In this document: piece by piece, positions 36,081-49,067 of the stretch | Position numbering within the stretch: position 1 is the first letter of the stretch | Layout: the number at the start of each line of letters is the position of its first letter | Made by a program: the position numbers and the translations under genes | DNA from: Daphnia carinata | Lineage: Eukaryota | Direction: 5' to 3' | Assembly (NCBI RefSeq): GCF_022539665.2 | Contig: NC_081333.1 | Span: 5,890,001 to 5,954,000 of the forward strand | Length of the DNA: 64,000 bases | The notes under the pieces: model-generated | Told to the model about the DNA's origin: nothing | Database searches by the model: none | The model's input: the letters and a program-made list of their open reading frames with translations, nothing else

Positions 36081-36737
36081 TGTAAAGCGTCTTCCCATGT
36101 GAGAAGACTGACTTTACTGTATTAAGACAATAGAAAATAAAAAAAAGCTCGTAGGCGTATTTTCCACAATAATAGATGTATTATTCTAAATTAAGCATAC
36201 AACAAGAAGCAAGAACATAGAAACTAATAAAGATACAGTACGGAATTTCAATAGAGAAAGGGAGAAAATTGTAACCAAGTACGAACAGATGCAAATTAAA
36301 TCAATTTAGGCAAATAAGGTTCACACTAAAGCGTACAGTTTACTACACAATACTACTAACCAAGGGTAAGCGCAAAAAGAAAAAATTCAGGCGACTACAT
36401 TGCTCAGATGCAAATTCTTGTCTGATCTTTCCCATCTTTTGGGTTGTTCATTGAACTTGGCATATTGGTAAATTGGCACGATTGGGAGGTGCTTGAAGAC
36501 TTCACGCGTACAGCCATTCAGGAGATGCGTCCAACGTGGCGTAATACTGGTGACGTATCGACTTCGTGAATCAGCCAGCAGGTGCTCATCTGAGTCACCC
36601 TTGTTGCGTACACGGTGTAACATTTGACATGTTTATACTTATGCTTTATGTTTATATATGTTTATACTTAGACATATTAATTATTTAAAGATATGGCAGA
36701 AAAATGTAACGTGAATGCGTATATTGGCTTCGTTACA
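36081..36737 (-). repeat. Solo LTR related to the Gypsy #1 LTR, with 4-bp TSD
   Basis: TGTAAAGCGTCTTCCC...GGCTTCGTTACA flanked by ATTG (36077-80) and ATTG (36738-41). Confidence 0.9.
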
Positions 36738-39700
36738 ATTGGCTCAAACTATGGGACTGCAGGAGGTAGATAAGGTAAATCTAAAGCTGCGTAGCGCTAT
36801 GTTGCAAGTGCTCCATGTTTTGTCAAACTTTATTACTATGCTTGTTTTCGCCTCATTGTATACATGCCTTTCTACTCCTAGAGGTTAGTTCAAACCTGAA
36901 TCGGCCCGATGGCCGATAGGACGTCATAAGGGGGCTCTGTGGTTAGCTGGCAACCCACGCGTGATTCCTTAAAAAGAAGCTTTGCGTGAGCTAGTTTGCC
37001 TTCGCGTATGTCTGTGAATAGTATGTTGTGTGTTATTTGTATAACATTTGTGGTAATTTCTGTGGCATTGTGTGTGTAGTAAGGGTAACCGTAACAAGTG
37101 GGACCCTTATGAAAAAAGTTACCGGTATTATTTTTTGCGTATTACCCTATTACGAGATATTTCACGGCCTGTCAACATGGTTTTTTAACACCGTGTGCCC
37201 AAGCAGTTTATATCACGAATTTCTTTTCCGATAATTTACAATACTACCACAGCCTGTAAAGAATAAGCAAGTTGCTAGTCGCAATTGACGAATACGTAAC
37301 AGGATATAGTAATCATCGTTGTATTATTTATGATTCATATTACCAAACAACGTCCAATGTTATTCTTTGCAATTTCTTGAGCTTTTTGAATTTTAAAACT
37401 TAATCTTCTCGGTAAGTAACAGAAACTGGGATACAATAATACCGACATTTAAATACAGGCTACTAAGCATAATATAATTTCGATTTAGGACACAACACAT
37501 CATTATTGTGTAAAAAAGGGGTATTCAGACTCAGCCCAGAGTCTTAGATGAGCCGTTTTGACTTAATAAAAAAGTACATCAAATTGTCTTTGAGATAAAC
37601 GATGGGTGAATAGAATACAAAGCATGTTGGACAGTTACAAACCCCCATAACATACAGACAATGGCTGAGAAAAGCAATTGGGGGGGGAGGGAGCAGGAAT
37701 ACGCTATTAAAAATGTTTTAAACGAAAAAATAGATGGTATTTATCCATATCAAAACCTTTGCTCACATCCTTGCACCACATCTTTGGGGAACAACAAATA
37801 TTTTATTTAATTGCCACCGTCTGTCGCATTAACTAAATCCAGAGCGTTATCACTGTTTCTTTGCAATCCTGCAACATTCGTGCAAGCTTTCTGTACTCTC
37901 TTTGCTCTCGCGTGTCAAGTTCGTCTTGCATTACCATTGTGAAAAATTTGGAGTTCACTATGTGTTTTCTTGACCAATCCAAAGTGGCAAATAATGTAAG
38001 TAAATAGAAAATTATAAATATTTATTAATTTTGAAAGAAACTAACAATATTTACAGCGAATTGCTTTGACGTCATCAATTGGCAAAGCTGGTTATGGTTG
38101 ATGATATCTGTCCTGTTTATTTGCCCGAGCTATCTTAGGCTCCTTTCGAGTACAAATGGAGCCATGAATTCCCGTATATAAGCTGATTTCATGATTTTGT
38201 TGATCATAGACCTCATGTTCGAACCACCATTCCCGACACTGCCATATGAAACGGCTAGCTTTAGGTCAGCCTCATTAAGCTTCAATGACATTTTATTACC
38301 CAGGTACTGCTAGACGAATGCCTTTAAATTAATAAATGTCAGGCTTTATATAAATTGGTGAGATTTCCTGCTCAGCTTCTTGCACTTTTCGCGATCCAAT
38401 CAAATTGTTGCTGCCTGTCCAAAAGCTGTTAAAGGTCTCTACTGTGTTTACGGGAATCGTTTGAAGTTGTTTTCAACTCCACAAGACATTAATGTCTGAA
38501 ATTCACAAGATGATTAATAAGATTTTTTATAACAACATAGAACTATAACATATATAAGCATACAAATCCTTTCGAATTACTAGAGCCGCTAGCTGTTGAC
38601 CAGAATTCATATGAAGTAAGCCACCCATCCTCTTAATTTCTTCTCTTTTACGAGTTTCACGAATTTTCTATTTTTTCATAGTCTTTTCTACTTGTACTAT
38701 TCTTTTCACTTTGAACTATTCTTGCAACTGTTCTCTGAGCTGTCCAAGATAATGAATATTAAGGCTTTCCTTATACCCGTTTATAAGCGGGGATTTAGAA
38801 TATTTTAACACATTAAAACAGATTTATTTGGCTTATTTGTCACAAACCTTGGGGAAGTTGCAATTGCGTTGCGAATCATAATCTCTTTCTTCAATTACTT
38901 CAGTTGGCGACAGCACTCTTTGCCCATTATTATCTTCCTAGGAATCTGAACTGGATAGCTGCTCAAACATATCTGTAAGGGAAAAACATTAGCAAATACT
39001 TACTAGAAGCTATACGTTAGCCAATGCACAATTTAATTGTTGAACTTGTATGTGGTGTAACCCTGTAACGACCTTCTAGTACGTTTAATTGGTGACACTA
39101 GTGCTTCTTCATCACTGCTATGTTCAGTGGCTTTTGCTGTGTTGTGGATGTTGCCGGCGTCGGACCCCGGATGTGAACAGCCAGTAACAGGTGTGATAAA
39201 TATATGGGAATAAAGATGATACGTACAACGATTGATGGACAGGGCAAACTACACTTGCTAAGACACACTAATAAATCACGATGCACACAGGTTCGCGAAG
39301 GGAAACCAGCGATAACGCAGAACACCTTCTTAATACCTCTCTGTAGACGACGAGAAAGAGACCATCCGCATGACTGCGAGCAGACAACCCGTCGCCTGCC
39401 TATAAGTCTGCCATCTATTGAGGGGGGAATCGGGACACTAGAAAGCAACTGGTCGGCAGTTCGCATAGCCAAAGTGGTTTGGTTTGAAATAGCTTTGATA
39501 TTAAGATATGGGAAACATGACAGGACATATTTTATGGGGTGTGAAGCTTGTAACCTTCGGCACTTTCTGACTCGGAGTTCCGCGAAGATTTAAATAGACT
39601 ACGGAGTATTCGAGAAACTTCGAACCAACTAAACAAAGAAAATAAAAATAATTATGAAAAATTAAATGAAAGATTATACTGGTATTCAAAACCGTAAAAA

Positions 39701-41849
39701 GAATGCTCTTCCATTTCTTCTATATCGGACATTCAAAGAAACCCGGATACGAAAAAAACCTCGCCAAAACCAAGGTCAAACAAGAAAAATGTCAGCTTCA
39801 TGCCACCACTGGAACAATCCGAGAAAATGAGAAAGTACGAGAAAGAAGAAAAAAAATTTGAGGTTGCCAATCAAAGGCTGAGAAAGAAGAAAACATGACA
39901 ATTTTACTACTAGCGGTAAGACAGATTGAGAAAAAAAGTTAATAACAAAATTATATAAATGGCGTAGACCGCAGATGGCAGAGGAAGAAAAAAAATAACA
40001 AGCACTCCAAAAAAATTAAGTAACCATAACAGACCACGCGACAACGCAACACACACACACAAAATTGCTAAGTAACTCAAAAACTATATGCAATAAGCCG
40101 TGCTTCCAAAATACAAAAAATAGAAAAGAACTTAAGCACGAGACTAGACGTATAACATATAACATGACAGGACATATTATGGGGTATGAAGCTCGTAACA
40201 ACTGATGGTACTGTTTTCCTAGCAACATGGCCGGCATCGATTTCAGCTTTGTGAATTAAAAGGTCACCTACAGATCCTACAAATTAAGAAATTCATCAGG
40301 ATTTTAGAATGAAAAACATAAATAATAAAAAATTTCTCACCAGAAAAAAATTTGATGTTCGCAAATTTAAAATCCGGGTTAACTTGTGTTGATGTCCTCC
40401 GATGTTCATCATCATCTGTCAATGTGCAAGTACATGAAATGGAATTTCAAATGCGTCAAAAAGTAATGAGGTACATAAGCTAGGCAGGTTATAAGTCAAG
40501 ATAGAACGATTTCAAGGGTGGAATGAGATATGAGCTAGAATGGTTACTGTTGCGGATAGGTGTACTACGCCTGATGAAGAACAGCCTCCCCATCTTCCTT
40601 GCCTTAACCCATAATCACTCTCACCTGCCTTAGATGTTAGCTCACTTGGCATAGGATGGTGACGGGCAGTTCTTTCGATTGGCGGAGAAAAAGGCCCAGA
40701 CGAAAAAGGCCCAGACGGAAAAGGCCCGCGAAAAAGGCCCAGACGAAAAAGGCCCATACGAAAAAGGCCCACTTTTTTCCAAATTCAAAAGTGGGCCTTT
40801 TTCTCCATTGGACTGGGCCTTTTTCTCCGCTCAATTTCCATGTTCCTACAAACTTTATATTTGTTTCCAAAACTGTATTTCCCACCTCTATTCCGTGGAA
40901 TTTGGAATGTACAAAGGTTGCTGAAACCGTGATATTCTATAAGGTTTGCAGAGATCAAACAATGTTAGCGTTTGTACGCTAGTTAATCTTTGATTATTTA
41001 TTCGGTTGCAATCTTATTTCAGATTATGTTAGTATTTATCTATTGCTTATATCCCGTTACATAAGGTTCATTTTTCACAATTTTTGTTTACTGAACAACT
41101 ATCGCTTCTTTAAATATAATAGAAGAAATACATGTTTTCCGCACTTAGCCTTGTTCTGTCCACCCTCTTTAATCATTCCTCCCAACCCCCAGTCCATTTC
41201 CCTTATTATTTCCCTTTGTCGATGCTTATGCCATAGATAAAGACCACTGATTCGTTGTGAATACGGAAACTGAATGAGTTCCGCGGGGCTTTTGTGGTTG
41301 CTGGGAACAAAGATATGTTACCACGAAGACTAGTTTGTTATTATTAACATTTGATAAATAATTTTTATAGGAAGAACATTACAAACTTAAACTATCGTTT
41401 GAGATAAGGACAAATAAAAACTATTATAATTCAATATTGATTCTCATACCATTTATTTCCTTATCACATTTTCAATTCTTTTCACGATTACAAAGAGCCC
41501 AATAAATATATTAAAATCATAACCTACTGCTATAAATATGCCAAGCGGTTACTGCTGAATGTTATCTTGGGGCGCTTTTCAGCAAAGCAATAAATAGTTC
41601 GAGCAAAACTGGAATATTCAATTTGCGTAGGAACGTCTATGAGCCACAGTTTTCTACCATGAAGGACTTTGTTTTGTGAGACTGTTATTAGTGAAGACGC
41701 TAAACCTTATAAAATGAATCTAAGATTTTTTTTCTTAAAATTTTCCAAGATCATGGAAGGCATGCCAGTGTATTTTTTTTAAAACTATAACGACATGGCT
41801 TGCACATGAAAGAACACGAGTTTAGCTCATCCATGAGTCAGTATCAGTA

Positions 41850-42900
41850 TTTAATATAATAAATTTTCCTTTTTTAAATTTGGTTTAATCACTTTATATT
41901 CTTCCTTTTCAGTTTCCTTTTTCTTAATGTTGGCTTTTCTCTTTATCTGTTGTTATTCCTTTCTCTTTTCCTTTTCTTCGATGCGTTCAGCCCAATTTTT
42001 TTTTACTTTCTGATTGATTTATCTTGTTTCCTAATATATTTGTCAAGCAATTCCACAGTCTTCTACCTATTGCAGTACAGAAAAATTAAAAGTTTTTAAC
42101 ATCTTACAAATGTGTTTGTCAAATTGATAGTTTACCTGCAAACCTTCAGCTATTTGAAGAGCACCATTTCATGCCACCTCTTAAATGCTTCTTGCATTCT
42201 CAACTTCAGCTGGGCCATGCCACTAGCTGGATCATTGCCACTTATTGATCTAAAGTGGTCTTTTTCAGAATGTGTGAGGGATTAAAAAATTCCATAAAAC
42301 CAAATTTGCTGATAACTAGGCAGCCTTCACGGTTGAAAATTGGTGTTGGCATTGTACTTGCTACTCTTGGTTCAGGAATTTCCGTTTCGATAAACTCTGA
42401 AAGACCAGAGGTTGATAACACTGATGTTGCCTTGGTGGCTCGTGCAAGTTTGGCAATTCAGGACCTCTTCTTCTTATTTTTCCTTTTTAATTTCTTCTTC
42501 ATTTCATCTAACTTTGATATGGTTTTTGTCTTCTTATCAGATAAATCCAGCTTTTTCCTGAAAATCAATGGAGTAAACTGGCCGTTTTACTCAAATGTAT
42601 AGGTTAACACATACCTGTGAAGTGTGAGAGTTTAGCTGTTGGACGTTCTTCCATTTCTTCAGGATTGTAAGCACGGTTCCTGGTTCCAATTTTTTGGAAA
42701 GAACTATTGTGGTCAACACCAGCCTTATTACTATCGAGATCTTGAATTGTAGAAGCACTTTGAGTTGGAATATTGGTCAATGAGCTAGAAATGAAAACGT
42801 CTTCCGAAGAGAGTTGCCATTTAAGAGCGCCGACGTCAACGCGCCCTCCCTTTTTATCAGGCTCTTCATTTTTTGGGTCCAATTCCTACAAATCTTGTTT
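41850..42900 (-). pseudogene. SURF6: Surfeit locus protein 6 (nucleolar) copy with one retained intron, stops and frameshifts
   Basis: NRAYNPEEMEER..AKL; Lys-rich block; TPIFNREGCLVISKFGF (cf. PVFNxEGKMVFSKFDF); VA*NGALQIAEGLQ|VED..VELLDKYIRKQDK..KKNWAERIEEKEKRKE*QQIKRKANIKKKETEKE. GT-AG intron ~42134-42068. Confidence 0.78.
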
Positions 42901-43917
42901 AGACGACACTTTCAAGTTTTCCGTTTTTCCATTTACAAAACATGCCTCTAATATCATAATCTTTAAACTTCATTATTATTTACCTTGGTCTCTCAACATT
43001 ATCATGGATCAATCCATAAATCACACTATACGAACCTAGCTTATTGTTATTTTCTTGAGAGAAATCTAGCTTCAGGACGCCTCCACTTGAGGGCAGTATA
43101 AGCAGATGGAAACCATCCACCGTTTTACACACACAAAAAAAATAAAATTTCCCCCCCCAAAAAAAAATCACACTTTTTTCTTTTTTTCCGACACGTAGCC
43201 ATCTACCGCTCAGACTCGTTATTACTGGCGTAGGCAATTTCAGTCCATTGGATGCCATTCGCAGTTAGTTCAGTAGCGTGGATGGAGAATAACGCGTGGC
43301 TGTATAACAGCAATCCTTTATAGTTCTGTCACAGCTAGAAGCCTCAAATAATTCTGCTTCCCTTGCTAAAGAACAACTTGTCCTTTACACTCAGAGTGTT
43401 GGTGAAGCTGGGTACTTAAATGGCCCTAAAGATGTTTCACTTCACTGGCATTGCAGCGATGAACATCATACTAGGACTCTTTAGGTATGAAAGGAATTTT
43501 CTTGAAAAATTTTTGAATTTATGATGAAGCTTTTCTCTTCCTTTTTGCCAACCATGTCTAATCTACAGAAAAAAATTTATCCAATAGGATAGGATTTTCA
43601 GCATACTGGGAACACAACTATCAACAATGCAACATTCTAGGGGTGCTATTTTATCATTCAAGAGCCTTATACAATGATTTTCATCTGCAATTTGTATGGC
43701 CTTTCCCAAGCTTCTGCCAGAAGTTGAATCTATAAGTCATGTAAGTCACATGAGCAACAATTGAGATGCTTAATGGTGTTGTTTTTCTTTTCTCAGCATA
43801 GGTTAATAGTAACATTGGATCTGAAAAGATTCTTGGTTGGGGCAAGACACTGAATAAATTGTAATGATTGAATGGATGACATGACATTTCTATACTTAAT
43901 TTGGATTCCCGAGACGG

Positions 43918-45160
43918 TTTGAGGAATGCCCCTTGGCCGGGCGTTCTCAAATGCCGGAGTCTGCCGGCTCAGCGTAAAGTAGTGGCTTTGGGACCTCTGA
44001 ATCCCAGCGTAATAGCCGCGTCACGTCTGGGTAGCCGGTGGGGGACCGTGCTACGATGACTCGTTGCGGCTGGACCGCGACGAGACCGTCTGGACGGATC
44101 TCACCGTCAAACGATCTAAATTATAAGGCCGGGACAAGGCGCGGCCAATATGACTTGGCGTGGCTGGACCGCTATAAGACCGGCTGGACGGATCTCACCA
44201 TCCAATGATCTCAAATACGGGGCCGAGATAAGGCCCGGCCAATATGACGGACACGAATAACAACTGCTAGATTACTTGTAATCCTTGGCGTTAAATGCCC
44301 CCGGGTCGAATGGATCTTCAAGTGAAGCGATGGCCAAACAGGATCCGATCCGGATGAGAATCGCTGCAAAGGGGTCCCACTTGCAACTTCGTTGTAGCCG
44401 TGGAGGAAAAGAGTTGGGCAAACGAAGAGGGCTGACGGGCGGCAGCAGCGTATCACGGCCGGGCAGATAATGACGGCCAGTTGCGGCGGGCGGCAACACA
44501 AGTGATAACAAAAGGAAGACTTGATAGTAGTTACCAGCAGAAATGAAGATCCGACTCCGGGGGCTTCGGTGAAACTCGTGTGTATTTACTCAGCTGGAAA
44601 CCAGCCTTTATATACTCAATATTTACAAAACACCGTTGACTAATATATACAATAAACATACATAAGTTTAAACGCTGGAGTAGATGTCACCGGTGTTCCG
44701 TCACCCGTTTTAGCCGCAGGATCCTCCACTTCCTCCAACCTCGAACTCCCCTCCACCGACCCACCGTCGGTCACTTCATCGCCAACACCCTCCTTACTTT
44801 GGGCTAAAACAGGCTCCAGTCACGATGGTTTTTGGTGTTGACTTATGAGAGCGGTCGGTAGAGACCGCCTCACATAGCTGTAGAAGACGTCAAGTACTTT
44901 CAATAATATGCTATCGGCTTCCGACCTTCTGTGTCAAGGATTCGCCGAGCAAATCGTTCTAACTCCCGTTTACCTTCCGTCTTCTACCGTCTACCGGTAT
45001 GTCATTTTCTTTGGCCGGGAACTTCTTGGTTAGTTCCCGCCTAGCGTTGGACTTACCCCGGCTACCGACTCTTCGGTGCCGAGTGCCCAGGCTTCTGTTG
45101 CCCTTCCGTTTATCCCTATGCCGTCCCTTCGGACTGCTTCAGACGTCGGAATTTCCGACA
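43918..45160 (-). repeat. 3' LTR of BEL #2
   Basis: Near-identical to 51715-52957; contains a ~93-bp internal tandem duplication (~44058-44247). Confidence 0.98.
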
Positions 45161-48100
45161 CTCCCCCCGTTGGACCCTCGTCCAACTCAGAGTCTGAGCT
45201 GTCCGTTATGTCTCCGTCTTGGAACGGTAGGACATTTCTATGATCATCGTCTATCGTCCCTGCTTCTAGCTCTAGTGGGTATAGACATTTAATGTCCCTG
45301 TATATTGGCTTCGATCCTTTGCCTTTCACCTTATCGGCAACCAATACTGCGACTCTTCTAAATTTGTTATCCGAACCGGGGTACAATTTGGCTACTCTGC
45401 CTACTTTCCACTTTGTTCTCTTGGACTTCTCATCGTGTATAAGTACCACCTGGCCGACTTCAACCTGCTTCGTTCTGCCCGGTGTCGGGCAATGGAACTT
45501 CTCCAGGTCTGCCACATATTCCTTATAGAAGTCTTCCCACCATCCTGCTAGTAGGTTTCTCCTTATTCTCTCTCTCTTGGTTAAGGGTATTCTGTCCGAA
45601 TACTCCCTTTCTTCATCGTCCACCGGGTGCTTCTGATTCTGTCTGTAACCCGTGATAAGTTGCTTCGGCGTCAGAGGCTCATTGTCGTCGTCCGAGACGT
45701 ACGTCAACGGCCTTGTGTTTATCGTATCCTCAATCTCTGCCAGTACTGTCTGGAACAAATCATATTCCAGACATTCGTTTCCATACGTTTTATATAGTAA
45801 TCTTTTTACTGTCTGGACCATTCTTTCCCAGAACCCGCCCCACCAAGGGGTGAGGCTTGGGGAGAATCGCCACTTGACATTCAGGTCTACCAGAGTGTTA
45901 TACACCTTCTCACTCTTGTAGGCCGCTCTCAAATACTTGGGGGCTTGCGTAAACGTTCTAGCGTTCTCTGAATACATGGCTTTCGGCACCCCTCTCCTTG
46001 CAAAAAACCTTCTCAGGGCAAAGATGCAGGTCGTCGCTTCTTGGTCTGTAGTCATTTCTAAGTGCACGGCTCTTGTTACCGCACACGTAAAGAGACAAAT
46101 GTAAGCTTTCGCTTGCCCGGTTCTTGCTAAGAGCCTTATCGGGAAGGGTCCCGCAAAGTCAATCCCCGTCACGTTGAACGGGCTTGCCATCTGCAGTCTA
46201 TCTACTGGTAGGGGTGCCGGCACCTCGTTGAATGGTCTCGAATCTAATTTCTGACACCTCATGCACCTCCTTAACTCTTTCTTTATCGTCTGTCTCAGTT
46301 TTGGGATCCAAAACGTTCGCCGTACCTCCACCATCGTCGTGCTTACTCCAGTGTGCAGTAACCGTTCGTGCGTCTGCTCTATGAGTTTGCCTGTCAGATA
46401 GTGGTTCTCTGGCAATAGGATTACCGCTTCTCTACCGTTAAGCCGCAACCAGTTTTCTTGGCGGCCGTAACACCTGATTAGCCCGTTTCTCTCGTCCCAG
46501 GCTAATCCCAATTTTCTCAGTTTATCATTTTTCCAGGGCTTTTTCTCTTTTATGGCTTCCCTTTCATCTTTGTATGCGTCAATTTGCATCGCTCGCCATA
46601 AATCTAACTCTGCTTGCTCTACTTCTTCTACTGCGAGAATGTTGAACCGTTTCTTGTCGGTTCCAACCAATACTTCTGCCAGCGGTGTCTCGGGGTTTGG
46701 CTGTCCCTTGAACCTCTTCACCGCTCTTTTCACTGTCGCCCAGATCCTGATTATCGTACGCAGCGAACTATAGTTCTCGTACCACTCTTTTTCTTTTGAC
46801 ATCGAAATATTACATTGCGTTATCTCTTTGATTTTTTCCTCTTTTCTGATTTCTTCCGTACAATCCTGTTCCACTTGGGCTGGATTCTTCGGCCACCTCT
46901 CTTTTTTGTTCAGCCACTCTGGACCTGACCACCAATCTTTCTTATGGTTCAGCTGGCTCACTGAAGCCCCTCTCGAGGCTATATTCTGAACTCCCGGGCA
47001 GTGCCTTATCGACTCTATATTGATCTTCTCCCTGATTTCTGTCACTCGGTTGTGAACGAACTGTTTCCACCGGCCCGACTCGCCTTTCATCCACCAGTAG
47101 GCTATCGCCGAGTCCGTCCACAACGTCTTCTCAAACGATCGTCCAAGGGACTTTTCGATGTAATCTCCCAGCCTTACTGCCAGCAAATTGCTGAGTAGCT
47201 CTAACCTGGGGGTCGATACTGATTTTTTGGGATCCGGTGCTATCCGGGTTTTGCTGCATAACAGCTTTGTCTCTTTTCCGTTCTCCAAATATGCGGCTAC
47301 ACTGTATGCGTCGTCACTCGCGTCGCAAAACAAATGTAGTCTCGGTGAATGGATCTCTCCAGTCCACCGTCCTAGCTTTGTGTTCTTGAGGTCCGACAAA
47401 CTTTTAATGAATGTCTCCCAGTGCGGCATTATGCTTGCCGATACTGGCTCATCCCAGCCTGTCTTATCTATCCAGACCTTCTGCGTGATAATCTTTGCTA
47501 CCACCGTTACCGGTGATATCAATCCCAGCGGGTCGAAGACCTTCAGCGCAAGGCTGAACAACTTCCTTTTCGTCGGCCTTTTGCTCATCTCTTCGGCCTC
47601 TTCTATTATCTTCTCGGGCTTGAACCGAAACGAGTCCGTCTCCGGATCCCACGTTACTCCCAGCGCCTTAACTGCTTTTTCTGTATTATCTCCCATCGTT
47701 ATTTCTTCCTTTTGGAACTGTAACGCGTGCAACTGTTCTCTGAGTGCCACGCTATTTGTCGTCCACTTTCTAAGTTCCATCTTGGCCGAATTAAATATCT
47801 TCTGTGCTTGCGTTATCGCTTCGATTGCTTGGGGGATGCTGCTCGCTCCCCCCAACCAATCATCCACATATAACTGCGAGCTCAATTTTCCCACCAGCTC
47901 TGGGTATTCATCTCTATGCTCATCCAAGCATTTTAATATAACCGCTCTTAGGATGAACGGGCTACTCGAGAGTCTGAAAGGCACTCTCTTCCACCTGTAT
48001 TCTATCCATTCTGAGTTATCATCTTTCGGGTCTTTTATCCATAGAAATCGGACTATCTGTCCGTGTTCTTCCTGTATTCCTATCTGTAGGAATGCTTGCG

Positions 48101-49016
48101 TGATGTCCGCCATCCACGCTATCTCGTTCTGCCTAAATCTGAGCAGCACCGCCAAGAGTTCCGGGTTCAGGTTCGGCCCGGTCTCCAACAGATCATTCAG
48201 GCTAGGCCTATTCTGCTGGTGGGCCGAACCGTCAAACACCGGTCTAATCTTGGTGGTTGCCGCTTCTGTTTTTATCACCGGTCTGTGCGGCAAATACGTA
48301 CATGCTCCCGTGTAATTTTTATCTGCTACCTCTATGTAGCCTTTCTCGAGGTATTGTTGAAAAACTTCATGGTAGGCCACTTTGTCCTCCCGTTTCATTT
48401 TTCTCAATAGCCCTGTCAATCTGACCGAGGCTATGTTTTTGTTGGTCTCCATCGACCTTCTGTTATTTTTGAACGGGAACAGAACCTCATATCTGCCCGT
48501 TTGATCTTTCTTTATAGTCTCCTGATAGTTTTTCAGGAACCCCGGGTCCTCTAACTCTTGGGGCGTAACTCCCATGTGCTCCAAGGCCCAGAATTTCTTG
48601 AAGTCTACCATCACTCTTTTTCCGTCGGCCTGTGTAACTATGTTTGCCGACACTTCTCTCGGATTTCCTGCTGAGGGTGCTCCAAAAATAATCCACCCCA
48701 GCTTGCTGGCACATACCACTGAATCGTCTGGACCCTGTCTCGTCTGGTGTTTTAGAATTTGCCAATAATAGTCACATCCTATTATCATGTCAAACTCTGT
48801 TTTATTGTCGGGCCTGAAATGTCTTTCATCCGCGACCTTCTCTCCTTGTTCCGTCAAGATCTCTACCAGTCTTGACCGGACCTTTGGGGTTGCTTTTGCC
48901 ACGTACTTTATCGCCGTAGCTTTAATTTTTATTTCTCCCTGTCTTTCAGAGACCATCCATATGCTATAGGTCTTTAGCACCGATCTTTCCGCTTGGTCTG
49001 ATCCAAACGTGTTCAC
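45030..49016 (-). CDS. BEL/Pao pol (protease C-half, RT, RNase H, integrase), 1328 aa open; stop codon lies in the LTR
   Basis: DMIIGCDYYW, YLPHRPV..KIRPVFDGS, MADITQAFLQI, YVDDW, HLFCDAS, TPRLEL, HERLLH..CMRC, GIDFAGP, SENA (D>E), GGFWERMV. Confidence 0.96.
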   Translation of the reverse strand: MNTFGSDQAERSVLKTYSIWMVSERQGEIKIKATAIKYVAKATPKVRSRLVEILTEQGEKVADERHFRPDNKTEFDMIIGCDYYWQILKHQTRQGPDDSVVCASKLGWIIFGAPSAGNPREVSANIVTQADGKRVMVDFKKFWALEHMGVTPQELEDPGFLKNYQETIKKDQTGRYEVLFPFKNNRRSMETNKNIASVRLTGLLRKMKREDKVAYHEVFQQYLEKGYIEVADKNYTGACTYLPHRPVIKTEAATTKIRPVFDGSAHQQNRPSLNDLLETGPNLNPELLAVLLRFRQNEIAWMADITQAFLQIGIQEEHGQIVRFLWIKDPKDDNSEWIEYRWKRVPFRLSSSPFILRAVILKCLDEHRDEYPELVGKLSSQLYVDDWLGGASSIPQAIEAITQAQKIFNSAKMELRKWTTNSVALREQLHALQFQKEEITMGDNTEKAVKALGVTWDPETDSFRFKPEKIIEEAEEMSKRPTKRKLFSLALKVFDPLGLISPVTVVAKIITQKVWIDKTGWDEPVSASIMPHWETFIKSLSDLKNTKLGRWTGEIHSPRLHLFCDASDDAYSVAAYLENGKETKLLCSKTRIAPDPKKSVSTPRLELLSNLLAVRLGDYIEKSLGRSFEKTLWTDSAIAYWWMKGESGRWKQFVHNRVTEIREKINIESIRHCPGVQNIASRGASVSQLNHKKDWWSGPEWLNKKERWPKNPAQVEQDCTEEIRKEEKIKEITQCNISMSKEKEWYENYSSLRTIIRIWATVKRAVKRFKGQPNPETPLAEVLVGTDKKRFNILAVEEVEQAELDLWRAMQIDAYKDEREAIKEKKPWKNDKLRKLGLAWDERNGLIRCYGRQENWLRLNGREAVILLPENHYLTGKLIEQTHERLLHTGVSTTMVEVRRTFWIPKLRQTIKKELRRCMRCQKLDSRPFNEVPAPLPVDRLQMASPFNVTGIDFAGPFPIRLLARTGQAKAYICLFTCAVTRAVHLEMTTDQEATTCIFALRRFFARRGVPKAMYSENARTFTQAPKYLRAAYKSEKVYNTLVDLNVKWRFSPSLTPWWGGFWERMVQTVKRLLYKTYGNECLEYDLFQTVLAEIEDTINTRPLTYVSDDDNEPLTPKQLITGYRQNQKHPVDDEEREYSDRIPLTKRERIRRNLLAGWWEDFYKEYVADLEKFHCPTPGRTKQVEVGQVVLIHDEKSKRTKWKVGRVAKLYPGSDNKFRRVAVLVADKVKGKGSKPIYRDIKCLYPLELEAGTIDDDHRNVLPFQDGDITDSSDSELDEGPTGGVSEIPTSEAVRRDGIGINGRATEAWALGTEESVAGVSPTLGGN

Positions 49017-49067
49017 TCTTATCTCTCCTTCATCCTCTTCGTCCGCCTTTAACCGTCTGATCAGACT

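Noticed and set aside
39064..40200. Possible solo LTR (TGTAACGA...TCGTAACA, with a duplicated ACATGACAGGACATATT..GAAGCT motif)
   Set aside because: No matching TSD, PBS or second copy in the window.
40512..41240. Lys/Arg-rich ORFs, mirrored at 53966-54585
   Set aside because: Translations of the GAAAAAGGCCC subterminal repeats of the TIRs.
44211..44511. Short ORFs inside the BEL #2 LTR, duplicated at 52008-52308
   Set aside because: Duplication only reflects LTR identity; non-ATG starts and no motifs.
47188..48315. 375-aa plus-strand ORF (also 50035-50823 and other antisense ORFs)
   Set aside because: Antisense shadows of pol/gag codon usage; no independent motifs.
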